Source of the DNA: an uncultured virus (IMG/VR IMGVR_UViG_3300025326_000022)
Taxonomy: Duplodnaviria > Heunggongvirae > Uroviricota > Caudoviricetes
DNA length: 20,000 nucleotides
Virus record (IMG/VR): IMGVR_UViG_3300025326_000022
Reading direction: 5' to 3' (one strand)
Each line of letters opens with the position of its first letter. Within the stretch, counting starts at the first letter, position 1. Position numbers and translations under genes: made by a program. The notes beneath the pieces were generated by a model. The model did no database searches. It was not told the DNA's origin and saw nothing but the letters and a program-made list of their open reading frames with translations. Below, one piece after another: positions 16,645 through 20,000 of this stretch.

Positions 16645-16827
16645 TTGGATCTCCTGGATGCCGTGGCTCCCCACTGTTTCGAAGATCAATGGGTCAAGAG
16701 CCTGGCGGCCGGCCAGGTCACCACCATGGCGACGTGCCGGTGCGGCGGTACCCTGTTGAACAACAAGAGCCAGGCCGCCACGGTACAGTTGTGTACAGGG
16801 TGCGGCCATATCACGACGTCACGGTGA
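16645..16827 (+). CDS. Candidate small zinc-ribbon protein, antisense to the structural operon (start uncertain: TTG 16645, GTG 16663 or ATG 16726)
   Basis: CRCGGTL-x12-CTGCGH. 26 of the 32 codons after ATG 16726 end in G/C (hand count). No convincing SD or promoter. Confidence 0.4.
   Translation: MDLLDAVAPHCFEDQWVKSLAAGQVTTMATCRCGGTLLNNKSQAATVQLCTGCGHITTSR
16665..16801 (-). ncRNA. Candidate structured RNA element (three hairpins plus possible pseudoknot), family unknown
   Basis: Hairpins at 16801-16750, 16740-16709 and 16702-16665, plus 8-nt complementarity between 16780-16773 and 16710-16703. Folded by hand only. Confidence 0.3.
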
Positions 16828-19800
16828 CTTCGATGTCGTTTGGGAGCACGACTTCGATGCGGCGGTAATCGATCCCGTCGTCCGACCGATAAGTTGACAA
16901 CGTCCTATCCTCCAGCACCGTGACCCCGATGATCGACACGGGGATCGGGACGTGCTTGGCAATCGCGGGCAACCGCACGAGATTCGAAGTCTTGAGGTCA
17001 GTCTGGTCGAGCACCAGGATATAGCTTCTGAGCGCATCCTCAAGGTCTTGAGACGAGGCAAATGGCGAGTTGACCGTCATGCGGATATTCACGTACACGG
17101 GGATCCCGTGGCGCACTAGAAGGTCTTGGTTAATCGAACGGGTCGACGGCGCCACCACGTACTCGTGGGTCTCACGGGCCGACCTTGACCATTCGTACTC
17201 GATCTCAATGTCCCGCCCCTGGAGCCCAACGGACGTATAGTTCTCCCCAAGCTCATTCACCGGGGCAGTACCACGGGTGTAGGAACCGTCCGGCACATCG
17301 GCCTCGAGATCCTGATCCCCCAGGACGCTGTAGAGCAGAATAGCTGACCCATTGATCGTGCTGGCCACCAACTTGGCCGGCCGAGGGGTTACGGGCAGCG
17401 TGACGGTCAAGATCCCGTCGGTCAACGAGACCGGGGCCGCGCCGGTCGCCAAGATGATTCCGTCAAGCCGTATCAAGTGTTGAATATCGATCCGCTTGCC
17501 ATTGGGCCTGATGACCCCGTACTCGATCGTAGTGTCCGCCCCAACAGTCACGAAAGGCGTGCCGACGACTTCCACTTGATTAACATTGGGTAACGGGGGA
17601 GAACCCACAACCGCGATCTTGAAGAACCCAATGTCTAGCCCAGTGTTAGGAGGAGACCCCTGCTTACGAATCCATAGGAAATCTCCCGGCACCACCCCCG
17701 CGGCCACAAAATCGAACCCAGCATCTTCAAAATTATTCCCTGCGCTGAAAGTCACGCTGGCGGGGGCAGACAAGGCCACTACCTCGATACCAAGTTGCGC
17801 GATCGTGTCGGCCGAGAAAAACAATGCATCGGCTGCTGAATCGCCCGCCTGTTTACCAAACATATAGTCGAACCCAAGGGTCATCGGCAGATCCGTCGGT
17901 ACATAGGGAATCTGCCGAAGCTCCAAGGAGCCGATCAGCGCCCTGAGGTGTTGAGAATCAATCGAATCATTGGTCAAGGTACCGTCAACAAGATTTTTCT
18001 TAAAAGTCGGTGGGAGTGATGGTTGATTCGCCGCCACGGACGATACTCCCGCGAGCCCCGTGGCCGAGGGGAAGGTGTCGTACATCACGACCGATGGGCC
18101 TGTTACAAATTCATAGCCCGGCCCCTTGACCGCGACGCGGCGCCCGCACATGAAGGTGAAGTTCCCGCGAGCTCTCCCGTCTACCACGGCCCGCTCGGCC
18201 AACAGGCGAAGCTCACTACCCGATGGGTCGAGGTTCGGCAAGTATTCGGAGTTCGACCCCTCGGTATAGCGGAAGTAGCTCAACTCCTCGACCCCAAAGG
18301 TGTACTGACGATCCAGTAACCGACGGTCGTAAGGGTTACGAGGTTCCACACGGAAACCTTCAGCTCGGTAACTGCGATTGGGCAAATTCCCAGTGGTCCC
18401 ATCCTCCAGAAGTTCTGCGCTCAGGCGGATGTGGGGGTTCTTCAGCCGGAAAGTACCCTCTTGGTTCAGGATGACGAATCGGATTGGTGCAACTTCATTT
18501 CCAGGTTCTTCTACCTGAACAGTGCCCTCAGATGGTACATCCACAATTGGATACGTGGAATATGCAACCCAACGCCATAGAGAGATAGTGACGAGGCCCA
18601 AAGGGGTAACAACACTTGACAGTTCAAGGGTATCGTTCGGGTTGGTATCGGTCGAGATGGCGACGACGTATACCGGACTTGGGGTCAAGCCAGTGACAAT
18701 ATCCCCTACTTTGACATTCACACCCGTGGGCCCAAAGTTCAACGATGGATCCTTGTACTTGTAGTCGTTAGGTGGTACTTGTACAGACCCAGTCGTAATC
18801 GTAGCGTAAGATGCCGGAGCCTGGACCAACGTGCGGAGAAAATCACCGATTCGAATCTGGTTGGTTCGGAACGAAACAAACGATGAATTGGCCGTAAAGA
18901 TGCCTCCTGTCCAGCCGGTACCTGTGTACAAGAGATACGGGTGCAACGAGTCTACAGGGGTTTCGAGCCCACCGGTCGCGTTGCCCGCGAGCCTGGGGCT
19001 TGGGTCGCCGGCTGACTCGAACTCCAGTTCACCGACCTGGTGGACAAGATCATCCTCAAGATCCACATCCCCGATCACCATGACGGCTCCATCGCCCAAC
19101 ACAAGATCCGATTCCGTCACGTCGGCAGCATCGCTGCGTTCGGATTCTACATGATCCCCCTGGACAGCCAACTCGATGAACCAGAGGCCGTTCTCTTCTC
19201 GGAAATCAGGAGGCAACAACAGCACCGCGGGGGAGCCGGCGGGCCCATGGGTGATAAGCCGGTACTTGAGATTGAACTCTACGAAAACCCCAGGCTCGAC
19301 CTCCCGGGTCACCCGGTGGACAAACCTCGTCTGCTCGGCCCCATAGTCCGATCCGTACAACAGGATCGTGACCGGCTTCTCAAAATAAATCCTGACGTTA
19401 CCCGCGGCCTCGTTGACCTCGTCGACCCCGCCGGCCAGATCGACTGACCGGATATCCGCGGGGTAGATGGACGCGAGGGTCTCGTCGGCAATAGGTTCCA
19501 AGGACAAGGAGTCCAATATCTTGACATCGAGGATTCGAGTCCATGGGCGATTCAAACTCCCGCTCGCGATGTTCTCCTCGGCGGTAAAGTACAACACTTC
19601 TCCTGCACCCGTCTCGATCCCGATGCCGTAGAGCACGGGGCTTCCCTCGTGATCAAAAATAGTAGACCCCCGGGTCGCGACCATGGGGACGGGGGTTTGG
19701 AACGTCCGGGCAAACGCGGGATCCGAGATATCGCGATTGAAACTCCCGAACCCCGGGGCCAAGGGCCGGGCCGCGGTGCTGAATTCACCCGTGTTGACCC

Positions 19801-19978
19801 CACTGGTGTCAAGGAACACGGCGGCATTCTGGTTGTCCACCGCGACCAACCGTTCCAACGGGAATGCCCTGGCCTCTGGAATCCGGATCCGAACGTCCCG
19901 GTCCACCACCGCGATGAATCCCGCCGGCACACCCGCCAACTTGATCCTCTTGTTCGCCAGATCCAGCTGCTCGGCCAC
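16811..19978 (-). CDS. Baseplate J / gp6-like structural protein (1055 aa)
   Basis: C-terminal IEYEWSRSARETHEYV..TRSINQDLLVRHGIPVYVNIRMTV..LEDALRSYILVL..LKTSNLV resembles the C-terminal domain of baseplate J-like proteins, and the gene is directly upstream of the wedge gene. GTG start 19978; the frame is closed by TGA at 19996-19994. Confidence 0.55.
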   Translation of the reverse strand: MAEQLDLANKRIKLAGVPAGFIAVVDRDVRIRIPEARAFPLERLVAVDNQNAAVFLDTSGVNTGEFSTAARPLAPGFGSFNRDISDPAFARTFQTPVPMVATRGSTIFDHEGSPVLYGIGIETGAGEVLYFTAEENIASGSLNRPWTRILDVKILDSLSLEPIADETLASIYPADIRSVDLAGGVDEVNEAAGNVRIYFEKPVTILLYGSDYGAEQTRFVHRVTREVEPGVFVEFNLKYRLITHGPAGSPAVLLLPPDFREENGLWFIELAVQGDHVESERSDAADVTESDLVLGDGAVMVIGDVDLEDDLVHQVGELEFESAGDPSPRLAGNATGGLETPVDSLHPYLLYTGTGWTGGIFTANSSFVSFRTNQIRIGDFLRTLVQAPASYATITTGSVQVPPNDYKYKDPSLNFGPTGVNVKVGDIVTGLTPSPVYVVAISTDTNPNDTLELSSVVTPLGLVTISLWRWVAYSTYPIVDVPSEGTVQVEEPGNEVAPIRFVILNQEGTFRLKNPHIRLSAELLEDGTTGNLPNRSYRAEGFRVEPRNPYDRRLLDRQYTFGVEELSYFRYTEGSNSEYLPNLDPSGSELRLLAERAVVDGRARGNFTFMCGRRVAVKGPGYEFVTGPSVVMYDTFPSATGLAGVSSVAANQPSLPPTFKKNLVDGTLTNDSIDSQHLRALIGSLELRQIPYVPTDLPMTLGFDYMFGKQAGDSAADALFFSADTIAQLGIEVVALSAPASVTFSAGNNFEDAGFDFVAAGVVPGDFLWIRKQGSPPNTGLDIGFFKIAVVGSPPLPNVNQVEVVGTPFVTVGADTTIEYGVIRPNGKRIDIQHLIRLDGIILATGAAPVSLTDGILTVTLPVTPRPAKLVASTINGSAILLYSVLGDQDLEADVPDGSYTRGTAPVNELGENYTSVGLQGRDIEIEYEWSRSARETHEYVVAPSTRSINQDLLVRHGIPVYVNIRMTVNSPFASSQDLEDALRSYILVLDQTDLKTSNLVRLPAIAKHVPIPVSIIGVTVLEDRTLSTYRSDDGIDYRRIEVVLPNDIEVTVTS

Positions 19979-20000
19979 GAAGCTCTCGCCGGATCAAGTT

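Noticed and set aside
16695..16779. Two 16-nt repeats 69 nt apart as a mini-CRISPR array (Cas4-like gene in window)
   Set aside because: Only two short imperfect copies, no third at the same period, no leader; better explained as an in-frame duplication.
16636..16809. 57-aa minus-strand ORF (MAAPCTQLYRGG...QEIQDA) neatly filling the J-wedge gap
   Set aside because: Packing is operon-like, but GC3 is only 32/56, it is the in-register antisense of the zinc-ribbon frame, and it shows no motif. Treated as a probable shadow ORF, though not excluded.
16715..16813. UGA readthrough or selenocysteine insertion after the J-like stop
   Set aside because: The in-frame continuation meets another TGA after about 30 codons, does not join the wedge frame, and no SECIS-like match is evident.
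1..20000. Alternative genetic code, as in some large phages
   Set aside because: Standard code gives near-complete coding density, and TAA, TAG and TGA all end genes.

Overview
GC-rich segment of a large tailed-phage genome (probably contractile-tailed; host not determinable) with two convergent blocks. Plus strand (1-3352): a tightly coupled recombination module (3' end of a RecA/UvsX-like recombinase, Hjc-type Holliday junction resolvase, solo Cas4-like Fe-S exonuclease, possible UvsY-like mediator) followed by two hypothetical metal-binding proteins. An intrinsic terminator at ~3374-3402 separates it from a minus-strand virion block (3401-19978): baseplate J/gp6-like protein (1055 aa), baseplate wedge protein (1473 aa), tail-collar/fibre-attachment protein (241 aa) and a 2686-aa tail fibre/spike with two beta-helix regions. 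The least explained part is the 167-nt gap at 16644-16810, which holds both a candidate pseudoknotted RNA on the minus strand and a small antisense zinc-ribbon ORF. The structural proteins show nested domain insertions and lower-GC patches. No tRNA, rRNA, CRISPR array, transposase or reverse transcriptase was seen. All family calls come from motif recognition by eye; no searches were run.
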